Shown: piece by piece, positions 19,171 to 29,534 of the stretch
Layout of the letters: every line of letters begins with the position of its first letter
Position numbering within the stretch: the first letter of the stretch is position 1
NCBI GenBank assembly: GCA_964407615.1
Contig: CAYOWH010000007.1
Coordinates: 844 to 64,843, forward strand
Direction: 5' to 3'
Origin: an uncultured Bacteriovoracaceae bacterium
Lineage (GTDB): Bacteria > Bdellovibrionota > UBA2428
Length of the DNA: 64,000 bases
Position numbers and translations under genes: made by a program
The notes under the pieces: generated by a model
Database searches by the model: none
Told to the model about the DNA's origin: nothing
What the model saw: the letters and a program-made list of their open reading frames with translations, nothing else

Positions 19171-20988
19171 TTAAATATCGTTAGGAAGGGGGTTTTTGAG
19201 GCTTTCAAGCTCTTCGCTCGATTGAATCCACTCTTTTTCTAGGCTTTCAATCTCAGTTTGAAGCTTTTGTAGTTCTAAGAGTTTTTTTTGAAGCTCGTCT
19301 CCGCTCAGTCCAGATGCGAGCACTAAGTTTAATTCTTCTAGTTTTTGTTGCTGATTTGCCAGTTTTTTCTCAGCTCTTTCGATTGTTTTTTCAAGCAGGC
19401 GTTTTTTTTGCTCAATTTCTTTTCGTGATTCTTTAGAGGTTTCTATTGAGTTTTGAATCCTCGGTTTTACTTGAGCTGAAGCTTCTAAGCTTTCTGCTCG
19501 CTCGGAGAGAATGCCTTTCTCGAGGCTCCATATATATTCGTCGTAAGTTCCAGGATAAATGCTCGCTTTTCCGTGGTTGATCTCGACTATTTTTTTTCCC
19601 ACTCGACGAATGAAGCTTCTATCGTGGCTCACCACAACGATTGTTCCCTCATAAGAAGTGAGAGCCTGCGTGAGAGCTTCGACAGTTTGAAAGTCTAAGT
19701 GGTTCGTCGGTTCATCGAGAATCAGGCAGGGTGCTTTTTGAAGAAGAATTTGCCCGAGTGCTACGCGCGATTTTTCGCCTCCACTTAGAACAGAGATTTT
19801 TTTATAAATATCGTCACCCGAAAATAAAAGAGATCCTGCCATGTTGAGGCCCTCTTGCTTGCTAACCTCGGGGTGGGCTTTGGAGGTCATTTCTTCAATG
19901 ACAGTTTTTGTTGAATCTAAGCTCTCGGCAACATGTTGGGCATAATAACCAATGCTCACTTGATAACCAAGTTCAATGCTTCCCGCTTGGGGTTCAAGCC
20001 TTTGAGCAAGAGCTTTAAGAAAAGTCGATTTTCCCGCTCCGTTTAGCCCCACCACTGCAAGGTGATCTCCATTGAGAAGTGTGAAATCAATTTTTTTGAG
20101 AATAGTTTTTTCTCCATAACCAAGATTGACGTTTGTCATGGTGATAATGCTTTTGCCTGCGTGAGTGGGAGGAGGAAGTTTAATGGCAGCTGTGACAGGA
20201 AGCGCTTTGAGTTCGATGCTTTCCATGCGATCGAGTGATTTCAGTCGAGACTGAGCTTGTTTTGCTTTGCTGGCTTTTGCTCCAAAGCGCGCAACGAAAG
20301 CCAGAACTTCGTCTCGTTTTTCTTGGAGAGAAAGAGCACGGGACTCGAGTTGGGTTCGAAGAAGAGTTTTTTGTTCAAAGTAATCGTCGATATTGCCGTT
20401 GTATTTAGTGATGTCACCTTGTTCAACTTCGACAACGTGATCGGTTGTTCTACGCAAAAACTCTCGATCGTGAGAAATTAATAAAAATGCACCCTTGTAG
20501 CCTTGAAGAAAATTCTCCAATACAAGTGTTGTCTCTAGGTCAAGATAGTTTGTGGGCTCATCAAGGAGCATAAGATTGGGTTCTTGGCCAATCAGGTAAA
20601 GCAGTTTGCAGCGCATACGATAGCCACCACTCAATGAGGTTATGGGCTTAGCGAATATTTCGTCCGTCAAACCAAGTTTTCTCGCGAGGCTTTTGAGTTT
20701 CCAGAGAGGAGTTACGCAATCTCTGCTAAGATAATCCTCTACGCTTTCATCTCCTTGCCAGTTGTCGTGCTGGGCAAGGTAACCCAGTCGAAGTGATTTT
20801 GCTTTGATAACATCGCCACTATCCAGAGTTTCTTGACCTGTCAGAATTTTAAAAAGAGTGGTTTTGCCGGCACCGTTTGGTCCAATCACACCTATGTGCT
20901 CTTCTTCATTCACGGCAAAACTTGCTTCGTTAAAAAGTATTTTTGTTGCAAAAGCTTTGGATCCTTTTTGAAGTTGAAGAAGATTCAT
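19171..20988 (-). CDS. ABC-F family ATPase
   Basis: Two NBDs (GPNGAGKT, LSGG, LDEPTN, twice), no TM segments, C-terminal coiled coil. Confidence 0.93.
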   Translation of the reverse strand: MNLLQLQKGSKAFATKILFNEASFAVNEEEHIGVIGPNGAGKTTLFKILTGQETLDSGDVIKAKSLRLGYLAQHDNWQGDESVEDYLSRDCVTPLWKLKSLARKLGLTDEIFAKPITSLSGGYRMRCKLLYLIGQEPNLMLLDEPTNYLDLETTLVLENFLQGYKGAFLLISHDREFLRRTTDHVVEVEQGDITKYNGNIDDYFEQKTLLRTQLESRALSLQEKRDEVLAFVARFGAKASKAKQAQSRLKSLDRMESIELKALPVTAAIKLPPPTHAGKSIITMTNVNLGYGEKTILKKIDFTLLNGDHLAVVGLNGAGKSTFLKALAQRLEPQAGSIELGYQVSIGYYAQHVAESLDSTKTVIEEMTSKAHPEVSKQEGLNMAGSLLFSGDDIYKKISVLSGGEKSRVALGQILLQKAPCLILDEPTNHLDFQTVEALTQALTSYEGTIVVVSHDRSFIRRVGKKIVEINHGKASIYPGTYDEYIWSLEKGILSERAESLEASAQVKPRIQNSIETSKESRKEIEQKKRLLEKTIERAEKKLANQQQKLEELNLVLASGLSGDELQKKLLELQKLQTEIESLEKEWIQSSEELESLKNPLPNDI

Positions 20989-20994
20989 TTCTTT

Positions 20995-22599
20995 TTATCT
21001 CTTGAGTGAGTTTGATGAAGTTTGTGAAGGCGTCAGTCGAAGTTTAGAAATTCTATAGGACGAAGTTCCGTTAACAGCGAAGCCTAAGATTTGAGGATTC
21101 ACAAGAAAAGTTGAATTTTCAAGTGTCAGGGGAATTGTTGCAACTTCTTGAGAGAGAAGAATTTCTTGGGCTTTTTGAAGTTTCTGTTCGCGTATTGATT
21201 CTTGAGCATTGAGGGATTGCTGGAGAAGTAAGTCGTACTGCGGGTTGCACATCTGAGGGTAGTTTTGGCCGCTCTTACATTTAAAAACATCCAAGAAATT
21301 AAGAGGGGCAGGGTAATCTGCGACCCATCCTTGTTGAAAGAGAGGATATTCTCCTGTCTTTTGAGATTTTAAAAAAACTTTCCATTCTTGAGGAATAAGC
21401 TCAAGTTCTAGTCCAAGGTGTTGTTTGAGTTGCTGCTGTAGAAATTCAGCAATAATTTTTGCTTTGGGGGTAGAGGGAAAAAGGTAATCCATTTTTTGAG
21501 GTGGATTTTTAATCTTTGACCATATTTTTTTTGCAGCTTCAGGATTAAAGAATGAATTAAATGAATTTTTTTTGTTTGCATGAGGGTTTAAGAGGCTTTC
21601 GGGAACCCAAGAGGAGCTTGGAGTGGAATCGCTTGCAAGAAATTTTTTCAAAAGACTTCGATCTATGCAAAGAGCAATGGCTTTTCTAACAAGTGTATTT
21701 TTCGTAAGAGGGTGCTGGGTGTGAAGGCTCATTCCTACGGTAAAAAGAGTGGGGAGGTTTCGGAGGCCTTTTTCTGATTTTGAAAGTTCAGACAAAAGAT
21801 GAAAGGGAACTTTTTGAAGAATGTCAAAGTTACCTTTTTGGTAAAGAGTCACAGCGGTATTTCCTTCTTGCACAACACGAAACTCTACTTCTTGAAAAGC
21901 TTCTTTGAGTTCTTCTTGATTCCAGTAAAAAGGATTTTTCGCCGCAACAATTTTTCCTTGTTGGGACCATTCTTTTAAAAGATAGGGCCCCGCTGAAACG
22001 TAGTTGAGGGGGTCTGTCCATTTGGATCCAAATTTTGAAATAATGTCTTTGCGAATGGGCATCATGACGCCAAAAGTTGTGATGTCATTCCAATGGGGAA
22101 AGGGTGCCTCAAGATGAATTTGAAAAGTTCGGCTATCAAGGGCTTTCACTCCAACTTTAGAAAAATCTTTTAATTTTCCTTCAAAAAATTGTGAAGCATT
22201 TTGAATAGGAAAGAGAAAACTTGCAGATAGAGCTGCGTTTTCAGAGGTGAGAGCTCTTTCAATGGCATCGACAAAATGCTGTGCCAAAAGATCTTTTCCG
22301 TCACTCCATTTGAGTTGAGGCCTTAGTTTATATGTGTAGGTTTTTTGATCAGAGCTTATCGTCCAAGATTCTGCTAGTGCCGTTTCGATTTGGTTTTTAT
22401 CGTCAAGTCTAAGAAGTCCCTCGTGAAGGGTGACGATGATATCGCGTGAGGTAGCATCTCCTACAAGTGAGTGATCAATGGAGGGGACTTCACTTGCAAG
22501 GCGAATCCTTAAGCGCTTGAGATTTGGGCTTGCAGGATTTTTTGGGCTACAGCAGCTCAAAAGAAAAACTAAAAATAAAATTATATTTCTCACATTCAT
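20995..22599 (-). CDS. OppA-like peptide ABC substrate-binding lipoprotein (family 5)
   Basis: Lipobox LLSC, LHEGLLR, LAESWTIS, KWSDG, AGPYLL, WVADY motifs. Confidence 0.88.
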   Translation of the reverse strand: MNVRNIILFLVFLLSCCSPKNPASPNLKRLRIRLASEVPSIDHSLVGDATSRDIIVTLHEGLLRLDDKNQIETALAESWTISSDQKTYTYKLRPQLKWSDGKDLLAQHFVDAIERALTSENAALSASFLFPIQNASQFFEGKLKDFSKVGVKALDSRTFQIHLEAPFPHWNDITTFGVMMPIRKDIISKFGSKWTDPLNYVSAGPYLLKEWSQQGKIVAAKNPFYWNQEELKEAFQEVEFRVVQEGNTAVTLYQKGNFDILQKVPFHLLSELSKSEKGLRNLPTLFTVGMSLHTQHPLTKNTLVRKAIALCIDRSLLKKFLASDSTPSSSWVPESLLNPHANKKNSFNSFFNPEAAKKIWSKIKNPPQKMDYLFPSTPKAKIIAEFLQQQLKQHLGLELELIPQEWKVFLKSQKTGEYPLFQQGWVADYPAPLNFLDVFKCKSGQNYPQMCNPQYDLLLQQSLNAQESIREQKLQKAQEILLSQEVATIPLTLENSTFLVNPQILGFAVNGTSSYRISKLRLTPSQTSSNSLKR

Positions 22600-24398
22600 G
22601 TTGGTTTTTTTTGTTCAAGCTCTGACCACCGAGCATAGAGTTTATCAATCTCGCTTTGGATGAATCCAATTTGTTTGTAAATTTCAGCGCTTTTCGGAGT
22701 TTCGTCAGAGCTCAGTGTTTCGAGTTCTTTTTCGGCTTTTTGAATTTTACTTTCCATCAAATCAAGTTCACGTTGTTCGTTATAGGTGAGTTGATTTTTC
22801 TTTTTAACTTCTTGTGACGATTGAGCTGTTTGCGTCTTTTTTTCTTTTTCAATAATTTTTGAAGAGGCTTGTTCTTTTTGCCATCCTTCCCATTGCTCGA
22901 GGGTTGAAAAACTCTCGACATGTCCAATGATATGTTTTTGATCAATCGCAAGAATTTGCGTGGCTACTCGGTGCATGAAGTATCGGTCATGAGTTACTAA
23001 AAGGATAGCTCCAGGAAATTCAATCAAGCGATCTTCCAATATATTAAGTGTTACCATGTCGAGGTCATTGGTTGGTTCATCGAGGACAAGTACATTGGCT
23101 TCTTTCAGCATGAGTCGAGCAATAAGAAGTCTGGATTGTTCACCTCCAGAAAGTTTGGCAACGGGCATAAGCATTTTTTCTGCAGAAAATAAAAAGCGGT
23201 CAAGGTAACTTCGGACGTGAACATAATTGCCGTTGAATTTAACATGATCACCCGCAGGGCAAATAGTTTGGAGGACTGTCGCGTTCGGATCAAGGCTCTC
23301 GCGGTTTTGTTCAAAATAGGCAACAGAGAGATCATCAGAAAGTTGCACGTGACCGGTGTCAGGTTTTTCAATTCCTAAAATAAGTTTTAGGAGAGTCGAC
23401 TTCCCTGCGCCGTTTGCACCGAGGATACCGATTTTGTTTCCGGGGCTTAAATAAAGATTAAAGTTTTTAATGATTGATCGACCGTCGTAGGATTTAGAAA
23501 GATTTTTTGCCTCAATTAATTTTTTGGGATTTTTTTCAGCCCCAACAAACTTAAGATTTACTTCGCGTTTTTTATTGAGTTCTGCAAGTTCTTGAACGTT
23601 ATCTGCAAGTTCATGAGCACGTTCAATTCGCGCTTGTTGTTTAGTCGTGCGAGCTTTGGGTCCGCGACGGAGCCATTCTGTTTCTCTGCGTAAAGTATTG
23701 CGCATGGTTGTCTCTTGGCGTTCAAGAGCGTGGAGCATGTTTTCTTTGACTTCGCAGTAGTTTACAAAGTCACCTTCCACAACAAGTAATCCGTTGGGAT
23801 TTCTAAAATCGAGCTCCCAGATCTTTTTTGAAATTCTATTTAAGAAGAGTCGATCGTGAGTCACGGTGAGAGTCGCAAAGGGGGCATTCGAGAGGAATTC
23901 TTCAAGCCACAAGATGCTTTCTACATCTAAATGGTTGGTTGGCTCGTCTAAGAGCATAAGGGAAGGATTGCGAAGGCATTCTCTTATGAAAGCAACTTTT
24001 TTCCTCCACCCACCAGAGAGTTCACTCATGAGAGTTGTGTCGATAATTCCCGCAGCTTCAAAGTTGAGATGCGACATCATTTCTTGAGCTTGAGCAATTG
24101 CTTGCCAATCGTGGGGATCGTGAGCGCCTTCCATAATTGTTTCGTTTACGGTTGATTCAAGATTTACCTGGGGGTTTTGCTCGAGATAGGAGATGGAAAG
24201 TCCTTGCTGAAGAGAAAGGGTGCCGCTATCCGCTTTAATCTTACTACTTATAATTTTGAGAAGAGTGGATTTTCCCGCTCCATTAGGTCCGATGAGACCG
24301 ATATGATCAGAGGATTCTATTCCAAAGCTGATGTCTTTAAAAAGGGGGCGACCCGCAAAACTCATATTGAGTTTGTGGGAACTTAGTAAAATTGTCAC
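22596..24398 (-). CDS. uup: ABC-F family ATPase, Uup-like
   Basis: Two NBDs; linker ETEWLRRGPKARTTKQQAR; GTG 24398 chosen because the longer ORF overlaps the upstream gene. Confidence 0.85.
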   Translation of the reverse strand: MTILLSSHKLNMSFAGRPLFKDISFGIESSDHIGLIGPNGAGKSTLLKIISSKIKADSGTLSLQQGLSISYLEQNPQVNLESTVNETIMEGAHDPHDWQAIAQAQEMMSHLNFEAAGIIDTTLMSELSGGWRKKVAFIRECLRNPSLMLLDEPTNHLDVESILWLEEFLSNAPFATLTVTHDRLFLNRISKKIWELDFRNPNGLLVVEGDFVNYCEVKENMLHALERQETTMRNTLRRETEWLRRGPKARTTKQQARIERAHELADNVQELAELNKKREVNLKFVGAEKNPKKLIEAKNLSKSYDGRSIIKNFNLYLSPGNKIGILGANGAGKSTLLKLILGIEKPDTGHVQLSDDLSVAYFEQNRESLDPNATVLQTICPAGDHVKFNGNYVHVRSYLDRFLFSAEKMLMPVAKLSGGEQSRLLIARLMLKEANVLVLDEPTNDLDMVTLNILEDRLIEFPGAILLVTHDRYFMHRVATQILAIDQKHIIGHVESFSTLEQWEGWQKEQASSKIIEKEKKTQTAQSSQEVKKKNQLTYNEQRELDLMESKIQKAEKELETLSSDETPKSAEIYKQIGFIQSEIDKLYARWSELEQKKPT

Positions 24399-24408
24399 GA
24401 ACGAGAGT

Positions 24409-25800
24409 CTACAACTTTTGCAGAGATTTACCAAAGCGATTCATTACTGAGGCATGTAATAAAGCTTGGGTGTATTTATATATGTACCAAGGAAGACGAG
24501 GCCTAAAGCCATGAATGGCAGTGATGAGGTTTTTTTTGTCGGGAGTGACTCGAAACTCAAGGCGTCCCTTCTCAGCGTTTTTGCTTAGTATTCCACCAGT
24601 GATGTAAAAAAGAATTCGATCTTCAGAGCTTCGTTTTTTAGACATCGTGAGTTCAAGAAGGGTAATGGGAAGTCCAAAAAATTTGAATTTTGTGATTTCG
24701 CCTTCTGTTTTTGCTTGGATGAGCCCTCGGAAGTTTTTGTTAAGCCAGTGCACATATTCTTGGCTGGCCCACTCTGCATTTTTTTCTTTTGGAAGCGGTA
24801 AACGTTGAACGGATTGAACTATACGTATGTGTTTATCGGAAACAGGTTTTTTGTAGGCCTTTGGCTCGTCAAGGAGCTTAAATTCACCTGTTTGTTCTTG
24901 TGGGAGTTCATTTAGAGTGTCGTCAAAAGTTTTGTATTTCCAGTTAGGAATAAGGAGAGATTTTTTGGGGTCGGGGCTCATGTCGTGTTCAAGGGATTCT
25001 ACAAGTGGATACACAAGATTTTTGGGCGCACCAGTAATCAATCGAATCCAAAGTTTTGATATTTTTGGAGAGACAAACGGTACTTTAATAAAGAATCTTT
25101 TTTTGTTCATTTTTTTTGCGCATTTTGTGAGCATGTCTAAATAAGAAACATTTTGTCCGTTTTGTAAGTCAAAGCTCCCTTCTACAGATGGATTCATGAC
25201 GACTTGAAAAATACTTTCTGCAACGTCTTTCACGTGAACAGGAGAGCTTGGACTGAGAGTCCAAGCAGGACAAATCATAACGGGAAGTCTTTCTACTAAT
25301 CGAATAAGCATTTGAAACGAGGATCCCTCACTTCCCATAATCATTGCGGCTCTAAGAGAGACAACGGGGATCTTGTGAGATTTAAAAATCTCTTCAACTT
25401 CTAAACGGCTTCGTAAGTGCAGAGAAAGTTCTTTGGAATGAGAATCTTTTCCTGCAGGAATAATTCCACCCAGGTAGATGATTCTTTTGAGATTGTTTTT
25501 TTTTGCGGCACGAGCAAAGTTATCCGCAAGAATAAGGTCGTAATCTTCAAAGTTTCCTTGTGATAATTCAGACGAAGGAAGCATGGAGTGAACAAGATAA
25601 ATAGCTTGATCTTGACCTTTAAGAGATTCTTCAACGTCGAGAAGAGAAAAAAGATCGCAGCGCTCTTTTGTAAAACGACCTGAGTTAAATTGGTTGAAGG
25701 ATCGAGCAAGAGCTTTGACTTGAATGTCTGGATTTCTTAAGAGACGATCGATCAGGTGTTTTCCGATAAATCCACTTGCGCCTGCGATAGCAATTTTCAT
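24409..25800 (-). CDS. Atypical SDR / NAD(P)-binding protein (YbjT-like) with C-terminal extension
   Basis: GASGFIG, YLVHSM, IIYLGG, HLRSRLEVE, LRAAMIMG. Confidence 0.82.
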   Translation of the reverse strand: MKIAIAGASGFIGKHLIDRLLRNPDIQVKALARSFNQFNSGRFTKERCDLFSLLDVEESLKGQDQAIYLVHSMLPSSELSQGNFEDYDLILADNFARAAKKNNLKRIIYLGGIIPAGKDSHSKELSLHLRSRLEVEEIFKSHKIPVVSLRAAMIMGSEGSSFQMLIRLVERLPVMICPAWTLSPSSPVHVKDVAESIFQVVMNPSVEGSFDLQNGQNVSYLDMLTKCAKKMNKKRFFIKVPFVSPKISKLWIRLITGAPKNLVYPLVESLEHDMSPDPKKSLLIPNWKYKTFDDTLNELPQEQTGEFKLLDEPKAYKKPVSDKHIRIVQSVQRLPLPKEKNAEWASQEYVHWLNKNFRGLIQAKTEGEITKFKFFGLPITLLELTMSKKRSSEDRILFYITGGILSKNAEKGRLEFRVTPDKKNLITAIHGFRPRLPWYIYKYTQALLHASVMNRFGKSLQKL

Positions 25801-25805
25801 ATGAG

Positions 25806-26564
25806 TTATCTTACAGGATTTTTAACTTCAACTGGGCGTAAGCGCTGAAAATAAAACATAAAAGAAAATAATACTCCTGACGTTACAAGTGGGATTGCAA
25901 AGCCCACGTAGCCAAGTTTATCAAACGCAAAAGCACCCATTGTTGAGCCTATTCCAAAAAAGAAAATAATTCCTATGCGCATAAAGTTCGCTTTAGATTC
26001 CTCTTCGGTATGACCTTGAATCTTTTTGCGATAGAGAAAGCGAATGAGTCCTATACCAAGGTCTGTTGTCACTCCTGTAAGGTGAGTTGTTCTCACGACT
26101 GATTTTGAAACACTGGTGATGGTTCCGTTTTGCATTCCACAAACTAAACATAAAATTGCGAGGAGTGTGTAACCGTGAAACTCAACGAGGGGGGATCCAA
26201 ATTCACCAAAAAAACCGTAAATTCCTGCCATGAAAATAAAAAGAATAAGAAGAAACATAATTCCAAAGGGAAAGTAATATTTGGGTTTTTTATGCTGTTT
26301 CAACCTTATGTCTACGCATAGTCCGCTAAACATGGCACCCAATAAAAAAAATAAAGGAACTGTCAGCATTCCAAGAGCATGCAATGTTTTGCCTTGGCTT
26401 AACTCATGCCCAAAAAAAGTAGCAAATCCTGTGACATGAGAAACAAAACGATGGCAAGCTAGGAAGCCTCCCATGTTGAGAAGACCTGCTTGAAAAGCCA
26501 TAGTCATCCAAACGCTCACATTTGAAGGAGCATAGTGTGAAATGGACTCGTTTCCGTAAAGCAA
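25806..26564 (-). CDS. DUF1275/YoaK-like membrane protein
   Basis: FVSHVTG, GMQNG, VRTTHLTGVTTDLG motifs. Confidence 0.8.
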   Translation of the reverse strand: MLYGNESISHYAPSNVSVWMTMAFQAGLLNMGGFLACHRFVSHVTGFATFFGHELSQGKTLHALGMLTVPLFFLLGAMFSGLCVDIRLKQHKKPKYYFPFGIMFLLILFIFMAGIYGFFGEFGSPLVEFHGYTLLAILCLVCGMQNGTITSVSKSVVRTTHLTGVTTDLGIGLIRFLYRKKIQGHTEEESKANFMRIGIIFFFGIGSTMGAFAFDKLGYVGFAIPLVTSGVLFSFMFYFQRLRPVEVKNPVR

Positions 26565-26708
26565 AATTCACCCCCAGCTATTAATTTAAGCGAGCAAATG
26601 CTGAGCTGCAACAGAGGCGAATTAATATGGCTTTATTTATTCGCCAACACTTGCCAAAAAATTGTGAATAAAGAAAAAGAGAGAGGGGAAGAGAGGTTTC
26701 TAGGCTAA

Positions 26709-28148
26709 ATGAATTTTTTAAGACCAAAGTGTTTTTTGTTAACGATTGGATTGTTATTGTTTTCTTTGAGGTCATTCGCTGAAAAACCACCGTTTAATGA
26801 GAGAGAGTTTTTGGATAATATTAAATCATCGTTTGGATGCAAAGATTTTCGTGATTTAATTTGGTCAAATTTCTACAAACACTACGAAGATATTTACAAT
26901 TCAAATTATAATGAAGGTGATTTAGATCGTCTTTTGACCATTCATGATTCGGATCTTCGCCAGTATGTGAGTGCTTTGGTAGTTTTACTTTTTGCAGAAG
27001 CTCCTCGAATGCTTAAGTTGAGTGACCCTCATTTAATTTTAGAGGCTTTAAGTGCAATCGAGTTAGGAGATCGGAGTACCCCAGCTAAAAAAACGATTTC
27101 ACAAAAAGCAGAGTTCTTAATTTTTAAAATTGAAGATCGAGTGAAAGAATTAGGTGTGGAGTGTTCTCGTTCTTCAAATAAGGATCTTTTAATTCCTGAT
27201 AAAGCCCCTCTAAAGCGTCTTTTTAATCCTCAAGCAGGAATTCAAAAAGTTTTTTCTACTTTCTATCAAAGTTGTGAGGTTCTTGATTTTCCTCTCCTTA
27301 AAAATTCAGATGCAGATGTTCAGGGAATTTCTGTGATTGGTAATCACCCCGATGGCATTGGAAAGAGAAGAATTATTCGCTCCAAAGAAAGGGTAAATGC
27401 TACTCATTTTTACATTCAAAAAATTCCTCAATTAAAAGATCCTGGGTGTCTTAATATTCGTGAAAATCCTCCTATTTACAACTATGGAGGAAAACCTTAC
27501 GCAAGCCACGAAATCGATTCGCCGCTCAATTTCTTTAAAAGAAGTGGATCTGGATCAAACACCTTAGGAATTGACTGTGCCGCTTTAGTTTTTTCAAATC
27601 TAGCAGCGGCTGGACTTAAGCTTAAGGCTAATTCAACTCTCAAAGCTGTTAACGTTTACGGGGTGTCCTCGGCAATGCTGAGGAATCCTCAGTCAAACGG
27701 TTTAGATTGCATTCAGAAAGTGACATTTTATAAAGAGGAAAGTCTTAAGGTTGGTGATATTATATCTGCTCCTGGTCATACGACGATGGTCGATTCGGTG
27801 GGTGAAGATCCCTTTGGTATTTCAACAATTAATCAAGTGACTGATTGCAAAGCTTCAAATATTTCAGCCTCTCGTTTCAACTTCAGTATTATACAAAGCG
27901 CTCCTATAAAAAATGGTCTTGGAGTAAACAGTATTTCGATTCGTGAGTATCTCAAGTGGGATGGAAGTTGGGGCGCGGGACTTCTATTTTATGCATTAAA
28001 GGCTTGTCGTGCAAAGTTTGGTATTATTTCATCAACGCCCTATCCAAGTGGTCTCTCTATTGTTAGGCACAAGGGAATACCGGAATGTTTAACAACTCCT
28101 TTGAGATTGGTATCTGAGGCTTGTGTGAGTGCTTGTAATGGTGGTTAG
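26709..28148 (+). CDS. Secreted hypothetical protein with possible NlpC/P60-like Cys-His domain
   Basis: Signal peptide (SFA); YNYGGK, GIDCAALV, VGDIISAPGH motifs. Confidence 0.6.
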   Translation: MNFLRPKCFLLTIGLLLFSLRSFAEKPPFNEREFLDNIKSSFGCKDFRDLIWSNFYKHYEDIYNSNYNEGDLDRLLTIHDSDLRQYVSALVVLLFAEAPRMLKLSDPHLILEALSAIELGDRSTPAKKTISQKAEFLIFKIEDRVKELGVECSRSSNKDLLIPDKAPLKRLFNPQAGIQKVFSTFYQSCEVLDFPLLKNSDADVQGISVIGNHPDGIGKRRIIRSKERVNATHFYIQKIPQLKDPGCLNIRENPPIYNYGGKPYASHEIDSPLNFFKRSGSGSNTLGIDCAALVFSNLAAAGLKLKANSTLKAVNVYGVSSAMLRNPQSNGLDCIQKVTFYKEESLKVGDIISAPGHTTMVDSVGEDPFGISTINQVTDCKASNISASRFNFSIIQSAPIKNGLGVNSISIREYLKWDGSWGAGLLFYALKACRAKFGIISSTPYPSGLSIVRHKGIPECLTTPLRLVSEACVSACNGG

Positions 28149-28177
28149 GAACGCTTATAAGAAATTTTCTCTAAATT

Positions 28178-28735
28178 GTGATTAAAAAATTTACAATTCC
28201 CTTATTTCTTTTGTGTTGTTTTCAAGCTCAAAGTCTCGTCCTGCAGTCTGTTCCTCTTAAAGTAAAACCTGGATATTCTTGTGTCGCTCTTTATGGTCGG
28301 ATGAACGAAGCCAAAGGCGTATTTTTGTCTGGAGATTTTGCTAAAAGAGTTTCATCTTATTTGGGTGCTCAATATAATTTTTCAAATCAAGCGATTGTAG
28401 TTACTGGGGCTGAGATTGATGAGTTAATTGAGAACCTTTCTCTTAGAAAAGATTATCCAGGAAGATCTTTGCTCATTATTGAACCGGGTTTTAGATTAGC
28501 TTTTCAAGATTTAATTTACGATCAAATAGATAGAGGTCTCGTAAAAGAAGTTCTTCCTCAAAATAGTGTTTCGCCTAAAACGGATTCAGTTTTAAGAGCT
28601 CTTGAATATGCAAAAGAAAGCGGAATAGCTTTTGTCTTAGGAAACTCTGTTGAATTAAAAACAACGGGCATGGATAAGGTCACTGAAATATTCTTTTATC
28701 GAAAAAGTTTTTTCTCTTTTTTTAAAGAATTTTAG
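28178..28735 (+). CDS. Secreted hypothetical protein
   Basis: Signal peptide (AQS); GTG start; no family recognised. Confidence 0.7.
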   Translation: MIKKFTIPLFLLCCFQAQSLVLQSVPLKVKPGYSCVALYGRMNEAKGVFLSGDFAKRVSSYLGAQYNFSNQAIVVTGAEIDELIENLSLRKDYPGRSLLIIEPGFRLAFQDLIYDQIDRGLVKEVLPQNSVSPKTDSVLRALEYAKESGIAFVLGNSVELKTTGMDKVTEIFFYRKSFFSFFKEF

Positions 28736-28738
28736 TAA

Positions 28739-29407
28739 TTATTTACTCACTTTTTCTAATATTTTTTTTGATTGATTTTCATCTATGAGCAAAAACTGAT
28801 TGAGGCTCTCTTCAAAGGCATAAACATCGGCCTGTTTTAGTTCAAACCACCAACCATGAAGGGAGAGTTGGCCCTCCTTTATTTTCTTTTCGACAATAGG
28901 ATAGGTTCTTAAATGTTCCAGTTGCTTGATGACATTTAATTGAGAAAGTTTGTTGTGGGGAGCAAGATTGTTGGGTTCGTCTTTGATTTTACGTAAAGTT
29001 TCGAGTGAGTCATCTCCGTGGCGAAGCCATGAGCGCAGATTAACCATCTCAAGTTTTTCGCGTCCATTGATGAGAGCTTGCATTGCTCCACATTCAGAGT
29101 GACCACAAACAATGATACTCGATACGTTTAATGTGTTGAGCGCGAATTCAATGGCCGCAGCTTCGGATTCGTCAGCACTTGATTGGCCATTTTCACCGCA
29201 ACATGGAACCATGTTACCCACATTTCTTACGACAAAAAGATCACCTGGATCTGTGGAGGCAAAAACGTTTACAGCCACGCGGCTATCAGAGCATCCTATG
29301 AATAAAACATCTGGCTTTTGCCCAAGAGCTAAACGTGCAAAGGTTTCGCGATATCCTGGAAGAATATCTCTTCTAAATCGAACAATTCCTTCAACAAGTT
29401 TTTTCAT
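28739..29407 (-). CDS. Beta-class carbonic anhydrase
   Basis: IGCSDSR, RNVGN, HSECGAM Zn ligands. Confidence 0.93.
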   Translation of the reverse strand: MKKLVEGIVRFRRDILPGYRETFARLALGQKPDVLFIGCSDSRVAVNVFASTDPGDLFVVRNVGNMVPCCGENGQSSADESEAAAIEFALNTLNVSSIIVCGHSECGAMQALINGREKLEMVNLRSWLRHGDDSLETLRKIKDEPNNLAPHNKLSQLNVIKQLEHLRTYPIVEKKIKEGQLSLHGWWFELKQADVYAFEESLNQFLLIDENQSKKILEKVSK

Positions 29408-29534
29408 AAAATTTCATTAATAACAGTATCATAGACCTTTGGTGTTATTCGAGTTTGTCACTCTATAGAGGTTCTTTCGGAACAGATTAATAGCTTGACT
29501 GGCATAAACGATTAACGCATTATGTCAATAATTT

